The position numbers and the translations under genes are program-made. A stretch of DNA of 64,000 nt from a virus (taxonomy: Duplodnaviria > Heunggongvirae > Uroviricota > Caudoviricetes > Crassvirales), in IMG/VR virus record IMGVR_UViG_3300033120_000148, positions 11,764-75,763 of that record; one strand, written 5' to 3'. The notes under the pieces were generated by a model. It made no database searches. It saw only the letters and a list, made by a program, of their open reading frames with translations, and had not been told where the DNA came from. Of the stretch, positions 42,220 through 52,277 are shown piece after piece (the stretch's first letter is position 1; every line of letters begins with the position of its first letter).

Positions 42220-43057
42220 ACATTACCTTTAGAATAGGACTCATTATAGCACAGGCAAATACGGCATCTGACAGAGATCTAAATGCAGGGAAATTATAAT
42301 AACTCTTTATCTTACTCTTATCAAGTTTAACAATTCTAGAAGTCACACTGTCTATAGTGTAGATTTCTTCACTATTTCTAATATGTCCCTCATAATCTTC
42401 ATCTAAACTAGTAGCTATTACTTTTAGCATAAAAGTATAGAATAAACAAGGGTCTATTTCCATATAAGAAATAAGAGAGTCATACATCTCTCTTGCTGGA
42501 GCTTCATCAACATATAGCATGTAATCAAATACTCTAAAGATTAGATGATTACTATCTTTATTAGAGTAGTCATTGATAAGTGCTTTAAGAATCTTCTTAC
42601 TATCTCTTGATAAGTAAGAACCACCTAGATTAAGACTTTTAAGAACAGTAATAGAGGAAGAGGCTTCTTCCTTCCAATTAGCCATAAAGTACCTCATACT
42701 CATTTTAACAGGTGCAGTAACTTCCTCATTTAGTTCTGTATTAAGAACTCCTTTATCTTGAGAGTCTGCTTCATAATCCTTATTACTATAGTATTTACCA
42801 TCTTTAAATATTACCATACCTTTTATAAGCATGTAAGCTAGTACTTCTTTTGAAGTTTGATCCCATCCCTTTGTAAACTCTTTAAAATAAGATCTTACAT
42901 CGGCATCTAGCTTTCCATACTCATGCCAAATTTCATTTTGGGTACTTTTCTCTGCCTCAGAAGTACTTTTCTTTAGTACATCTTTTTCAAGTACTTTCTC
43001 TGACACTTTTTTGTTTTTTACTTTTTCATTCATTTTAAATACTATTAAACCATTCAA
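42197..43057 (-). CDS. Hypothetical protein, 286 aa
   Basis: ORF only. Confidence 0.45.
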   Translation of the reverse strand: MNGLIVFKMNEKVKNKKVSEKVLEKDVLKKSTSEAEKSTQNEIWHEYGKLDADVRSYFKEFTKGWDQTSKEVLAYMLIKGMVIFKDGKYYSNKDYEADSQDKGVLNTELNEEVTAPVKMSMRYFMANWKEEASSSITVLKSLNLGGSYLSRDSKKILKALINDYSNKDSNHLIFRVFDYMLYVDEAPAREMYDSLISYMEIDPCLFYTFMLKVIATSLDEDYEGHIRNSEEIYTIDSVTSRIVKLDKSKIKSYYNFPAFRSLSDAVFACAIMSPILKVMYGKRKRK

Positions 43058-43712
43058 TGTTATAATTGAATTTGTTGTTAATTAAATTGTTTATATCTAT
43101 AAAAAGATTATATGGTAACTTCTCTTTATTTCTAGCATAGTATGCAGGGTGCTTAACCTTAATAATAGTATTTGATTTTTTATTTATATAACCTTCAAAA
43201 GTTGAAGCTTGGTCTCCAAATAGTACATAAATAAGTCCAGGGCACTTTTCTGACAGGTGTTTTAATAGACAAATGATAAATGGTCTCCATATCATAGTAT
43301 GTGAACCTACCTTATTTATTTCTACTGTTAGAGCAGAATTTAGCATTAAAATCCCTTGTTTAGCCCAACTCTCTAAAGTGTTATCAAAATTAATACAATT
43401 ATGAGGTAATTCATAATTAATAACAGCTTCTTTAATTACTTGTAATGAAGGTGATAACTTACCCTCTGGTGTACTAGATTTATTACCAAATAATATACCT
43501 GTAGCTACTCCATACTGAGTATAAGGCTCTTGCCCTATCATTACAACTTTAAGATTATTATAATCACAAATATTAAAAGCTTTAAATATATCTGACATAT
43601 TAGGACATATTACAGTGTTTTTACTTATACTATTAATACTATTTATAACTTTTAATAACTCCTGTTTATCTATGACTTTAATCCAGTCACCAAAGTAATC
43701 TTTTATATTCAT
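43035..43712 (-). CDS. ung: Uracil-DNA glycosylase (family 1-like)
   Basis: [20 protein letters not shown] matches [29 protein letters not shown] matches [16 protein letters not shown] matches HPSPLSA. Confidence 0.6.
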   Translation of the reverse strand: [225 protein letters not shown]

Positions 43713-43726
43713 AATTTATAAGATAT

Positions 43727-44488
43727 TTAGACAGCACTAAAATCTAGTACCTTCTCTAAACTATTTTTAAGAACCACTTCACAGTCTTCTGCAATAGATT
43801 TTAGCCTACTAGCTACTATACCACTTAAATTATCTGATGGCTTTAAAGTTATATCATCTGCTTTAATACCTATATCTTTAAAGACTATCTCTAAATTAGT
43901 ATGAAACTGAGATGACATATAAGGTATAAACTTATTTATTATAGCTTTATGTAATGGCAATGTAGACCCAAGCATACTCTTATTTACCTCTATAACTGAA
44001 TCTGATACAAGTATCTGATCTAATAGTCTATTATAAAGTGTTTTATAAGATATATTAATTAATATAGTACTATCTCTATAGTTAATTATTAACCCATGTG
44101 CTATTATATACTGTTCTCCATCCACACATTCTACAAGTTTTGGAAAACATTTATTACTCATAGTTGCCATTTCCATAATTATTTCATCAGGGTATAAAAT
44201 TTTAGGAGAGTTTTCCACTTTTCTATATAAAGGAAAATATGCAATTTTACCTTCTTTTAACCCTTTAGCTATAGTATGTAATACCTCAATTTTAGAAGTA
44301 TTATATCTAGACATACATATTATTGGAATATCTAAATCATGTTGGGAAAATCCTACAATCTCTAAAAATCCAAATATACTATTCTGTGCTTGTAAATCCC
44401 TAACTGAATCAGTAAAATTACCTCTATAGCCAGGTACATCTAGAATAGCATTTAAACAGGTTCTGTATCTTACACTAGTTCTAACCAT
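43727..44488 (-). CDS. Hypothetical protein, 253 aa (downstream partner of the E1-like gene)
   Basis: ORF only. Start/stop abuts the E1-like gene. Confidence 0.45.
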   Translation of the reverse strand: MVRTSVRYRTCLNAILDVPGYRGNFTDSVRDLQAQNSIFGFLEIVGFSQHDLDIPIICMSRYNTSKIEVLHTIAKGLKEGKIAYFPLYRKVENSPKILYPDEIIMEMATMSNKCFPKLVECVDGEQYIIAHGLIINYRDSTILINISYKTLYNRLLDQILVSDSVIEVNKSMLGSTLPLHKAIINKFIPYMSSQFHTNLEIVFKDIGIKADDITLKPSDNLSGIVASRLKSIAEDCEVVLKNSLEKVLDFSAV

Positions 44489-45585
44489 TATGATTCTGTT
44501 TTAAATAGCATAATTGTTGCATCATAGGATGTCTTAAATGGTAATGTTCTAAAATTATCACCAGACATAAGTGCTGCAAAATTAGCTAATAAGTTAACCA
44601 TATATGAAGCAATCATACAAGCACAAAAAGCTGTTTGCTTATAAGAACAAACAGTAGCATCAGCCTCATCATCACTAAATAAGTATTTATCTTTATACTC
44701 ATTAATAGCATAATCATTATCACCAGTAATAGCGAATATCTGAAACTCCTCTGCAGCTAATCTACCATCTATAAATAGGCACTTCTTTTTTGCTTCATCA
44801 TCTAGATCTTTTAAATGCTGACACCAAGATTTAAAGAATACCTTTCTAGCTCCCATATTATCAAAGCCACAAATCATTATATCCCCTGGTGTAGTATTAG
44901 GCTTAAATTTCTCTCTGCATTCAATATATCTACTATATCCTGAGTATGCTTCAATCTTAGAACATATAGCCGCAGACTTATAGTTTCCTACATCTTTTGA
45001 ACTATATAATTGACCTGATAGATTAACAAACTCTACTTTGTCAGGATCATATAGAATAAGGTAAGCAGGCTTAAATTTAGAAAGTAAATAAGCTACATAG
45101 CTTCCTATTCCACCTAAACCAGCTAGAATAATATTCTTGTTCTCAAAATACTTAAACCAAGATGCACCACTAAATCTTATAGTTGTTGAATCCACAGATT
45201 CTACATTTAAAGTTTTAATCTCAAGAGTAGGTTCTGTTGTACTAGGTTCTTCAGTAGATTCCTGCATGTTCATAAGTTCTTCAACTAACCTATCATCTAT
45301 ATTAATTGGATCTACAAGTATTTCTGCAACTTCATCTCTGCTCTCATTATTATCTGCTAGAACAGATTCTAAATCATCTAAATTTATAGCCTGAGTAACA
45401 GTTGGAAGAATTACATTAGAATTATCACTATTTGATTCAGGTGCATTTAATGCAGTTCCTACATTATTTATGTAAGAATTTACAAAGTTTTCTCTAGCAG
45501 ATATAGCTTGTTGATGCAGAGTATCAGCCATTGAATTTAGTTCCTCTTCAACTGAGAATACATTAGTATTGTTATCTGTATCCAT
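44488..45585 (-). CDS. E1-like (ThiF/MoeB/HesA superfamily) adenylyltransferase with acidic low-complexity N-terminal extension
   Basis: Rossmann loop ILAGLGGIGSY, E1 motif YDPDKVEFVNLSGQ (DxDxVE.SNL.RQ) and CGFDNMGARKVF (GxDN...R). Confidence 0.75.
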   Translation of the reverse strand: MDTDNNTNVFSVEEELNSMADTLHQQAISARENFVNSYINNVGTALNAPESNSDNSNVILPTVTQAINLDDLESVLADNNESRDEVAEILVDPINIDDRLVEELMNMQESTEEPSTTEPTLEIKTLNVESVDSTTIRFSGASWFKYFENKNIILAGLGGIGSYVAYLLSKFKPAYLILYDPDKVEFVNLSGQLYSSKDVGNYKSAAICSKIEAYSGYSRYIECREKFKPNTTPGDIMICGFDNMGARKVFFKSWCQHLKDLDDEAKKKCLFIDGRLAAEEFQIFAITGDNDYAINEYKDKYLFSDDEADATVCSYKQTAFCACMIASYMVNLLANFAALMSGDNFRTLPFKTSYDATIMLFKTES

Positions 45586-45587
45586 AA

Positions 45588-46829
45588 TTAATTTGTTTGT
45601 CTATCATCATATGCAAAATCACATATAATAGCCATTATTTCTTTAAAGTATTCATTATCATCTTCTCCTAATTCATCTTCAATAAGTAGAAATTCACTAT
45701 AAATACCTTGTATTAAATCTTTATCCATGGCTTCATTTAGAACAAAGTCCATGAAGTTATTTATCCAATTCCTAAATGAATTAAAGGTTTCAAATCTCTT
45801 AGAGTTAATAACTGGCATATCTTCTTTAATCCACTTTATAAGGTCTGTATCATCAACTTCTACAGATACTTCTCCTTTTAAGATTTGGAATATATAATTA
45901 TTAATCTCTTTCTTTTCTTCTTCAGTATATTCCTTTTCTATATTAGTATCTATAACATGATAACCTTCAGGTATCTTAGAATCTAGATTTACATCATCAT
46001 ATCCTTCCCAGTTATTATAATCATAATCACCAGATACAGCATCATCTAACCAAGTTTTATCTAATTGACCTTCATTCTTTGAAGTTTCCTTATCTTCCTT
46101 ACTTGTAAATAATGAAGTTTCTTTAGTCTTAAATGGTAGTTCAGAGTCTTTATAGAAACTCTTATTGAAAGTTTTAACAGTAGTAGTTTTACTCTTTAGA
46201 GCTGTAATTCTCTTCACTAGATCCTTATCATACCACTCTACTTCTTCTTTCTCTACTATTAGAGGGAATTTCTCTACTACTATACCACCATCAACATCAT
46301 AGGGTTCACTTGTAGTTACTATATCATTACTGTCATCCATAGATTTCTTAGTAACATAATTAACTACTTTACCTATAATTGTAGACTTTCTAGTTACAGC
46401 AGCAGTGTAAATACCAGCATTATTAACAATAAGACTTACAAAGAAGTTTCTATCCTTACCTTCTTCTACAAGAGTGCTATCATCTGTGGAACTAAAAAAT
46501 GTAGCCATAGAATTATGGGAATGAATTAAACCTTGATCACAATCCATTAAATCTTCTGTAACCATGTAATTAGCTACACTTTCATCTATTTTGAATTCTG
46601 TTGTAGTAGTTAGACCATAGTCCATAGGTAGAATATCTACACAAGTGATAACAAGATTATTATCATCAAAACTACCTTCTGTCTTAAAGAATAATACTCC
46701 AGACCATTCTACTGTGTCTATAAAGCTACACAGAATTCTTATTTTACTTTCAACTTTCTTGGGAATTATTATTTTATAATTATAAGACCCAGTTGCTGCT
46801 ACTAATGAAGCATTTTTTATATTTTGCAT
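45588..46829 (-). CDS. JAB/MPN+ (JAMM) metalloprotease-domain protein
   Basis: HSHNSMATFFSSTDD fits the JAMM HxHx7Sx2D motif. Sits immediately upstream of the E1-like gene. Confidence 0.6.
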   Translation of the reverse strand: MQNIKNASLVAATGSYNYKIIIPKKVESKIRILCSFIDTVEWSGVLFFKTEGSFDDNNLVITCVDILPMDYGLTTTTEFKIDESVANYMVTEDLMDCDQGLIHSHNSMATFFSSTDDSTLVEEGKDRNFFVSLIVNNAGIYTAAVTRKSTIIGKVVNYVTKKSMDDSNDIVTTSEPYDVDGGIVVEKFPLIVEKEEVEWYDKDLVKRITALKSKTTTVKTFNKSFYKDSELPFKTKETSLFTSKEDKETSKNEGQLDKTWLDDAVSGDYDYNNWEGYDDVNLDSKIPEGYHVIDTNIEKEYTEEEKKEINNYIFQILKGEVSVEVDDTDLIKWIKEDMPVINSKRFETFNSFRNWINNFMDFVLNEAMDKDLIQGIYSEFLLIEDELGEDDNEYFKEIMAIICDFAYDDRQTN

Positions 46830-48249
46830 AATTTAAATTTAATATTAAAATCATCTTTGTTACTACATAACTTACTAACATAGGATTTAAAATAAATGTA
46901 TTTATATTTGTTTTATCAAATGTATTTAAGTCACAAATATTTAATTTTACTATTTGTCCCTTAAATTTAAATAAATCTATACCATTTAGTTCTTTTAAAA
47001 TTCTTATATCTGTAGCACTTATAAGGTCAGAATTGATAACTTCTTTTACAATTTTACCATCAACTACACCAACTTTTATAATATCATCAAATGTTGTACT
47101 ACTCTGGTCAAAGAATTGTTCATAAGCTTCTACTGTCTCCTCTTTTCTTGCCTTTAAATAGTCAAGAAACCAATTACTAATTAATATAGTTAAGTCTTTC
47201 ATAGAATCACTAGGAACAAATGATGAATTACTACATCCCCATTTTAAATCTCCAAGATGGTAGTTAATCATATACTTTATAAATTTCTCAAATACCTCTC
47301 TAAAGTCATCTCTTGTAATTTGATAGTCATTAACTAAAGCAGGGAATATAACATCTCTGTAATCTTTAGGTAACCAATTAATAATACTTGACATACTTTT
47401 ATAAGGACCACCTGATAAAGATTCTACAGCAACATATCTATCTATCTCTATACAATATAGTTTCCATATATATAGATCATAACTAGTTAATAATGTAGAC
47501 TCTGTTGATATAATAGGACCATGTCCTAAACACACACTATTAAATTCAGAAAGTCCTCTTTTATATTCAGGATTATTTTCAATACTACGACATACTGGTC
47601 TAGCATGAGAGTGCTTATAATTATTCTTTAATTCAGCTACAGTATAAGTACCTCTATTTAATGTAAAATGACTTTCTAGTGTACCATCTCCTGCTATTGG
47701 TATACAAATATATACATCTCTTAATAGCATAGATTGGTCTTCTTCATTAGATATTTCTACCTCTGGGAAATGAATTAATATATCTCCTGCATAATTATCT
47801 GTTTCATCTATTTTTCTATTTAAAGTACTACTCACTCTATCAAATATACTAGTATAGCCTTCTATATTTATAGATTTAATAGCTTCAAAGATGCTCTTTA
47901 TAATATCTGTACATCTACGATATTCAACTGCATCATATAGCAGATAAAATAAAGCACTTAAATTATCTAATTCTTCATCATCCCAATCAAGATCATAATC
48001 TCTTGCAATATAATAGCATTTATCTCTTATAGCATCATCTAAACCATAAATTCCTAATATTGATACTATACTATCTTCAATAGATGTTGTAAAATCAACT
48101 CTGGGTTCACCATAATAATCTTCAAACACTTCAACTATAGAAGTTACTTTATCTACATCATAGTTAAGTTTTAATTCTTCAATATTAATAGAAGTATAGC
48201 TTAGAAATGTATTTACTATCCGAGAATTAAGTTCATCTTCATATATCAT
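46780..48249 (-). CDS. Hypothetical protein, 489 aa
   Basis: ORF only. Confidence 0.45.
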   Translation of the reverse strand: MIYEDELNSRIVNTFLSYTSINIEELKLNYDVDKVTSIVEVFEDYYGEPRVDFTTSIEDSIVSILGIYGLDDAIRDKCYYIARDYDLDWDDEELDNLSALFYLLYDAVEYRRCTDIIKSIFEAIKSINIEGYTSIFDRVSSTLNRKIDETDNYAGDILIHFPEVEISNEEDQSMLLRDVYICIPIAGDGTLESHFTLNRGTYTVAELKNNYKHSHARPVCRSIENNPEYKRGLSEFNSVCLGHGPIISTESTLLTSYDLYIWKLYCIEIDRYVAVESLSGGPYKSMSSIINWLPKDYRDVIFPALVNDYQITRDDFREVFEKFIKYMINYHLGDLKWGCSNSSFVPSDSMKDLTILISNWFLDYLKARKEETVEAYEQFFDQSSTTFDDIIKVGVVDGKIVKEVINSDLISATDIRILKELNGIDLFKFKGQIVKLNICDLNTFDKTNINTFILNPMLVSYVVTKMILILNLNYAKYKKCFISSSNWVL

Positions 48250-48282
48250 ATTTTTATTATTTCATTTATTAGTAATAAATAA

Positions 48283-48307
48283 AAAGGGAGAGTAAAATAC
48301 TCTCCCT
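48283..48307 (-). terminator. Rho-independent terminator after the 232-aa gene: perfect 8-bp stem AGGGAGAG/CTCTCCCT, then a T-rich tract on the minus strand
   Basis: Inverted repeat with a U-tract (reverse complement of ATAAATAAAAA). Confidence 0.5.
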
Positions 48308-48317
48308 ATTATATCTA

Positions 48318-49016
48318 CTAATCTCTCATTGCTCTAAGTTCATCTTCTGAAAAAGGAGACTCACTGCCTGAATCTGAACTCATATCTAGGTCTTCTCCAT
48401 TAGCAATTGCATTTAGCTCCTCAATTACATCCTCAGGATACTCACCATCAGCAGCTGTATTCAAGCCATCAGAAAGAAGCTGAGCCATTTTTTTAATAGT
48501 ACTCTCAAGCTTATTAACTCTTTCTTCTAGAGCAGAATTAGATTTCTCTGTATTCTCATTAGCAACTTTGTTGTGAATAGCATTACCAATTACATCCTCA
48601 CTAGATACAGCAGTTTTTTTCTTCTTGTCAAGAAGAGCAATAAGATCTACAGTCTTACAAGTAGTGAAGTTCTTACCATAAACCTTCTTGCATTCTTCTG
48701 TAAGATGGTTCTCCTTAATAGCAGTAATTACCTCTGTTCTACTCATTACACCACTCTTAATCTTCTTATTAGGTACAGTCAAGAATATAGCCAAATCATT
48801 AGTGATTGAACCCTTGAAAGGAAGTTCCTTAGGCAATACAGAATCATCTCTAGTAAGAACAGTCTTACTTACACCTTCAGTGAATTCCATACCTTCATAG
48901 TCAAAGTTCTTATTGTCTAGTTCTCTCTTCAACTCTCCAAGTGTTTCTACACCTGTGTTCAATACTAACTTCTTTGATGACTTTGTTGTTACAACTACAA
49001 TTTTTCTTGTTTCCAT
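48318..49016 (-). CDS. Hypothetical protein with acidic C-terminal tail (possible ssDNA-binding protein)
   Basis: C-terminus DLDMSSDSGSESPFSEDELRAMRD. Followed by a strong terminator, suggesting high expression. Function is speculative. Confidence 0.4.
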   Translation of the reverse strand: METRKIVVVTTKSSKKLVLNTGVETLGELKRELDNKNFDYEGMEFTEGVSKTVLTRDDSVLPKELPFKGSITNDLAIFLTVPNKKIKSGVMSRTEVITAIKENHLTEECKKVYGKNFTTCKTVDLIALLDKKKKTAVSSEDVIGNAIHNKVANENTEKSNSALEERVNKLESTIKKMAQLLSDGLNTAADGEYPEDVIEELNAIANGEDLDMSSDSGSESPFSEDELRAMRD

Positions 49017-49063
49017 TTTCTTTAAATTTTAAATGTTTTAATTTTATTTTACTTTTAGTTTTG

Positions 49064-50083
49064 TTATTCTGAAATCTTTTCCTTAATCAAATCTAATATA
49101 ACCCTATTAAACTTATCATGATTACTATAAAAGAAATCACTTATATCCTTACCACCTTCAAATTGAGGTAATATGATATTAATAAATCCAGTACTTTCAG
49201 CTAATTTTTCACTATCTTCTAGTCCTGGTTTATCATTGTCTAGACATATAAATACTTTCTCAAATCTTGATTTTAATTCATTTATAGCTGTCTGACTCAT
49301 TTTATATCCTTCTCCTTGAATAGCAATTGCTGGTATTCCTGTATTACACCATAAACATAGTGCATCTTTAAGAGAAGAACATATACAGACATATTTACCT
49401 AATTTTGGTATTTTAGTCCATAAGCTAACTACTGAGCTATCATGTTTATTGGACCATTTATAGCCCTTTGTATTAAAGGGTTGGTATATTTTTAATGTAA
49501 CCTTACCTTCTTTATGCTCAACATAGGCATAAGCATATTTATCCGCACCAAATACATACTGTTTACCATTCTTTATTACAATCTTATGTGATATAGGATA
49601 AACCTCAGCAAACTTTAACCATTCTATAGTTATACCATAAGATTTCCAGTATTCTATATCATGTTTTCGCCAATCTCTTACTTTACATTGTAATATAGTA
49701 TCATTACTTAGATTTGATTTTGGTGTATTACTTTTGTTATTGCCAGTACTGTTAACAATTGAAGTGTTAATGCTCACACTGTGTCTTTTAATGTGTTCTA
49801 AATCTTTTAGTACTCTACTAATAACTCCAGGTACACTTATTTGCCATAGTTGACTTAATAGGTTAAAAGGTCTACCTCCCTCCCTAGTGGAAAAATCTAT
49901 ATAATTTACTTCTTTTCCATCAGGAGTATAAATACCAAATGAAGGATGTTTATCACTTCTTAATGGACTACATATTAAACAAGGTATTTCAGTTAAATGC
50001 AAATAATATGCTACTATCTGTGTTTCATCTACTTGTGTTAATATTTCTTCTATACTTGTGGAAGTATTACCTTTACCTATCAT
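49064..50083 (-). CDS. DNA primase (TOPRIM domain)
   Basis: TOPRIM Glu (IAIQGEGY) and DxD (FICLDNDKPG). N-terminal Cys/His cluster. Confidence 0.6.
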   Translation of the reverse strand: MIGKGNTSTSIEEILTQVDETQIVAYYLHLTEIPCLICSPLRSDKHPSFGIYTPDGKEVNYIDFSTREGGRPFNLLSQLWQISVPGVISRVLKDLEHIKRHSVSINTSIVNSTGNNKSNTPKSNLSNDTILQCKVRDWRKHDIEYWKSYGITIEWLKFAEVYPISHKIVIKNGKQYVFGADKYAYAYVEHKEGKVTLKIYQPFNTKGYKWSNKHDSSVVSLWTKIPKLGKYVCICSSLKDALCLWCNTGIPAIAIQGEGYKMSQTAINELKSRFEKVFICLDNDKPGLEDSEKLAESTGFINIILPQFEGGKDISDFFYSNHDKFNRVILDLIKEKISE

Positions 50084-50114
50084 ATTATAATTATTTATTA
50101 ACTATTACTTGCTG

Positions 50115-51032
50115 TTACCAGTTTGGTGTTTCTGGAGCATCAAATGGTAGAGCTTCTTTACTACTATCTTTAGCAAATGTAGTAGGAGATACAACATATT
50201 CATGTACAGCTACAGCTTCAAATTCAGTATGAGAATATCCTCCTGCCTGCTTTCTTTCTTGTAGAGCAGCATCAATATGACTATAGTCACTTGCACTATT
50301 CTTCAAGAACTTCTGCATGAATACATCTTGGTATTGCTTACCTTCATCTGTTGTCTTAATACCAAACATAACTTTTACTTCATTATTTGGTTGGAATGTT
50401 GCAACAGCTTTAATTTCAGCAAAGTTACCTTTGAAATAATCAGCAATATTGTCCAATCTTACTTCACACTCTGCAGGATCTACTGTAGTATTTGCTACCC
50501 AAGCCTTATTCTTGTATACAAGTCTATTAGGAATTACCAAATACTCTTTCAAGAAAGATGTGAGATACTCCTCTCCAGGATAGCAAGCTCTATAATCAGG
50601 ATCAATATTTGCAGGACCATTTGAATACATAGGAATACTTTTAGCATCAAATTCTGTTGGAGTAACCCAAGCTGTAGCACCATACTTATCAATAATCTGA
50701 ATCTTGCCTGATGCACTCTTAGTTACTTTATTCTTTAAGAAGAATGAAATCTTAGAGATAAATGAATCATCAGATTCTTTACTCTTATATTCTACAATTA
50801 CATCAATTCTTGCAGTTTCAATCTTCTGTCCATCAACTTCTTCTTCACCTACATAAGTTGGCTCTGCATCAATATCTCTATTTGGATAAATCTTCTCTAG
50901 CTCAGCCTTTGTTGGGCATATTGCTAAAACTTTAACTGGTGCAATACCAATATATCTCTTAACTACTGGAGCATCTGTAGATACTTTACCTGTTGCAACA
51001 GCCATAAAAACTTTGTTTGTCTTCTTTGTCAT
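50115..51032 (-). CDS. Hypothetical protein, 305 aa
   Basis: ORF only. Confidence 0.45.
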   Translation of the reverse strand: MTKKTNKVFMAVATGKVSTDAPVVKRYIGIAPVKVLAICPTKAELEKIYPNRDIDAEPTYVGEEEVDGQKIETARIDVIVEYKSKESDDSFISKISFFLKNKVTKSASGKIQIIDKYGATAWVTPTEFDAKSIPMYSNGPANIDPDYRACYPGEEYLTSFLKEYLVIPNRLVYKNKAWVANTTVDPAECEVRLDNIADYFKGNFAEIKAVATFQPNNEVKVMFGIKTTDEGKQYQDVFMQKFLKNSASDYSHIDAALQERKQAGGYSHTEFEAVAVHEYVVSPTTFAKDSSKEALPFDAPETPNW

Positions 51033-51101
51033 TTTACTTTTATAAAATTAATAATTACTTACTCTTATTTTATTACTATTTATGTCAACTAAATGTATTA
51101 G

Positions 51102-51515
51102 TTATACATTAGCACCTTCATTCCAAGGAGCTGTAGTATCATTACTATCATTCATAGGTGCTGCATTTTCAGTCTCAGCAAGAATCTCTTTTGTATTCTC
51201 TACCTTCTCTGAATCTGTTACTTCAGGAGTAGCAGGAGGAATAATAGTATCAGGATATTTGAAAGCAAACTTTGTGATAGTTGTTTTACCTGATGTATCA
51301 ACAATCTTTTCAATCAATTGGTCTGTTGTAAATCCACCTGTCATTGACATAATAGGTTTCTGCCAAGTAGCAATTGTTTCATTAATTTCATTTAGTTCCT
51401 CAGTTAGAGCAGCTATTTTTTCCTCTATCTTTTCTTTCTTCTGATTATACTTGTCAATATTGCTTGCTGTACTCTTAATAACTGACTGTGATAATTTTGT
51501 AATTTTATTAACCAT
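51102..51515 (-). CDS. Coiled-coil hypothetical protein, 137 aa
   Basis: ORF only. A 15-nt tandem direct repeat (51526-51555) lies in its upstream region. Confidence 0.4.
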   Translation of the reverse strand: MVNKITKLSQSVIKSTASNIDKYNQKKEKIEEKIAALTEELNEINETIATWQKPIMSMTGGFTTDQLIEKIVDTSGKTTITKFAFKYPDTIIPPATPEVTDSEKVENTKEILAETENAAPMNDSNDTTAPWNEGANV

Positions 51516-51562
51516 TTTTGTTTTTACTTTAATTTATTTTACTTTAATTTATTCTATTTACC

Positions 51563-51959
51563 TTACTCTCCTTGATAGTAAGCATCTGATAATTCAATAA
51601 GTTTACCTAGATCATTTGACATATATAGAGGTAACATTCCTACTGGACTCTTAGCTGGATATACACCATCATCATTGGTAACAAATTCTCTGATACTCTT
51701 TTTTTCTTTTTCATCAAAAGTAGCCTTTCCATATAATACTACTTCAAATTTACCTTCGGGGCAGATATACTGATCTACCATATTTCCAGTACTCTTATAT
51801 CTGTAAGATATACTATCACCATTCTTATCTTTGTACTCTTCATAATGAGCTAAGCAAATAATATTCTTTCCCTCAGGAACATTATTAATAGCATCAAAGA
51901 TAATACCCATTCCATATCCAATCTGCTTTGGTGTCAATTTTGTTAACTTATAGGCTTTT
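51563..51959 (-). CDS. AAA_24-like (Sak4/RecA-like) ATPase, 3' part (exon 2 candidate)
   Basis: GKNIICLAHYEEY matches the hhhhHE motif downstream of Walker B in AAA_24 proteins. No ATG: the track start at 51937 is TTG, and the frame is open back to a TAA at 51959-51961. Confidence 0.45.
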
Positions 51960-52277
51960 TATCCTATAATTCTATAGTTTCTTGTATTGTTACTATAGTT
52001 CAGCATATATTTTCATCTCTAATAGTATTAGAGAGTTGGGTACTCTTGGCAAAATTATATTCTTATTATTTTTTAATAAGGTTCATTTGCTATGCGTTAC
52101 ACTGTACAGTCCTTTTATCTACTGTATTTAGCACGGTATTGAGTAAATGTTTTTCCTATTGGGAACAAAACTTCTCATATCAATTGTTATATATTTGCCA
52201 ACCGAAATATAAATACAATGGGTATATACAAATCCTTTCACCGTTTTTATCCAATTATTTTCACATAAATCACTTTA
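51960..52277 (-). other. 338-nt ORF-less insert splitting the AAA_24-like gene; candidate HEG-less self-splicing intron (or a disrupting insertion)
   Basis: Locally GC-richer, with a palindrome ACTGTACAGT and no ORF on the gene strand. The flanking ORF halves together form a complete AAA_24-type ATPase. Confidence 0.4.

Noticed and set aside
51938-52277. Programmed frameshift, translational bypass, or a tRNA gene in the AAA_24 gap
   Set aside because: 338 nt is far too long for a frameshift or hop. No cloverleaf (acceptor/D/T arms, GTTCRANYC) could be built on either strand.
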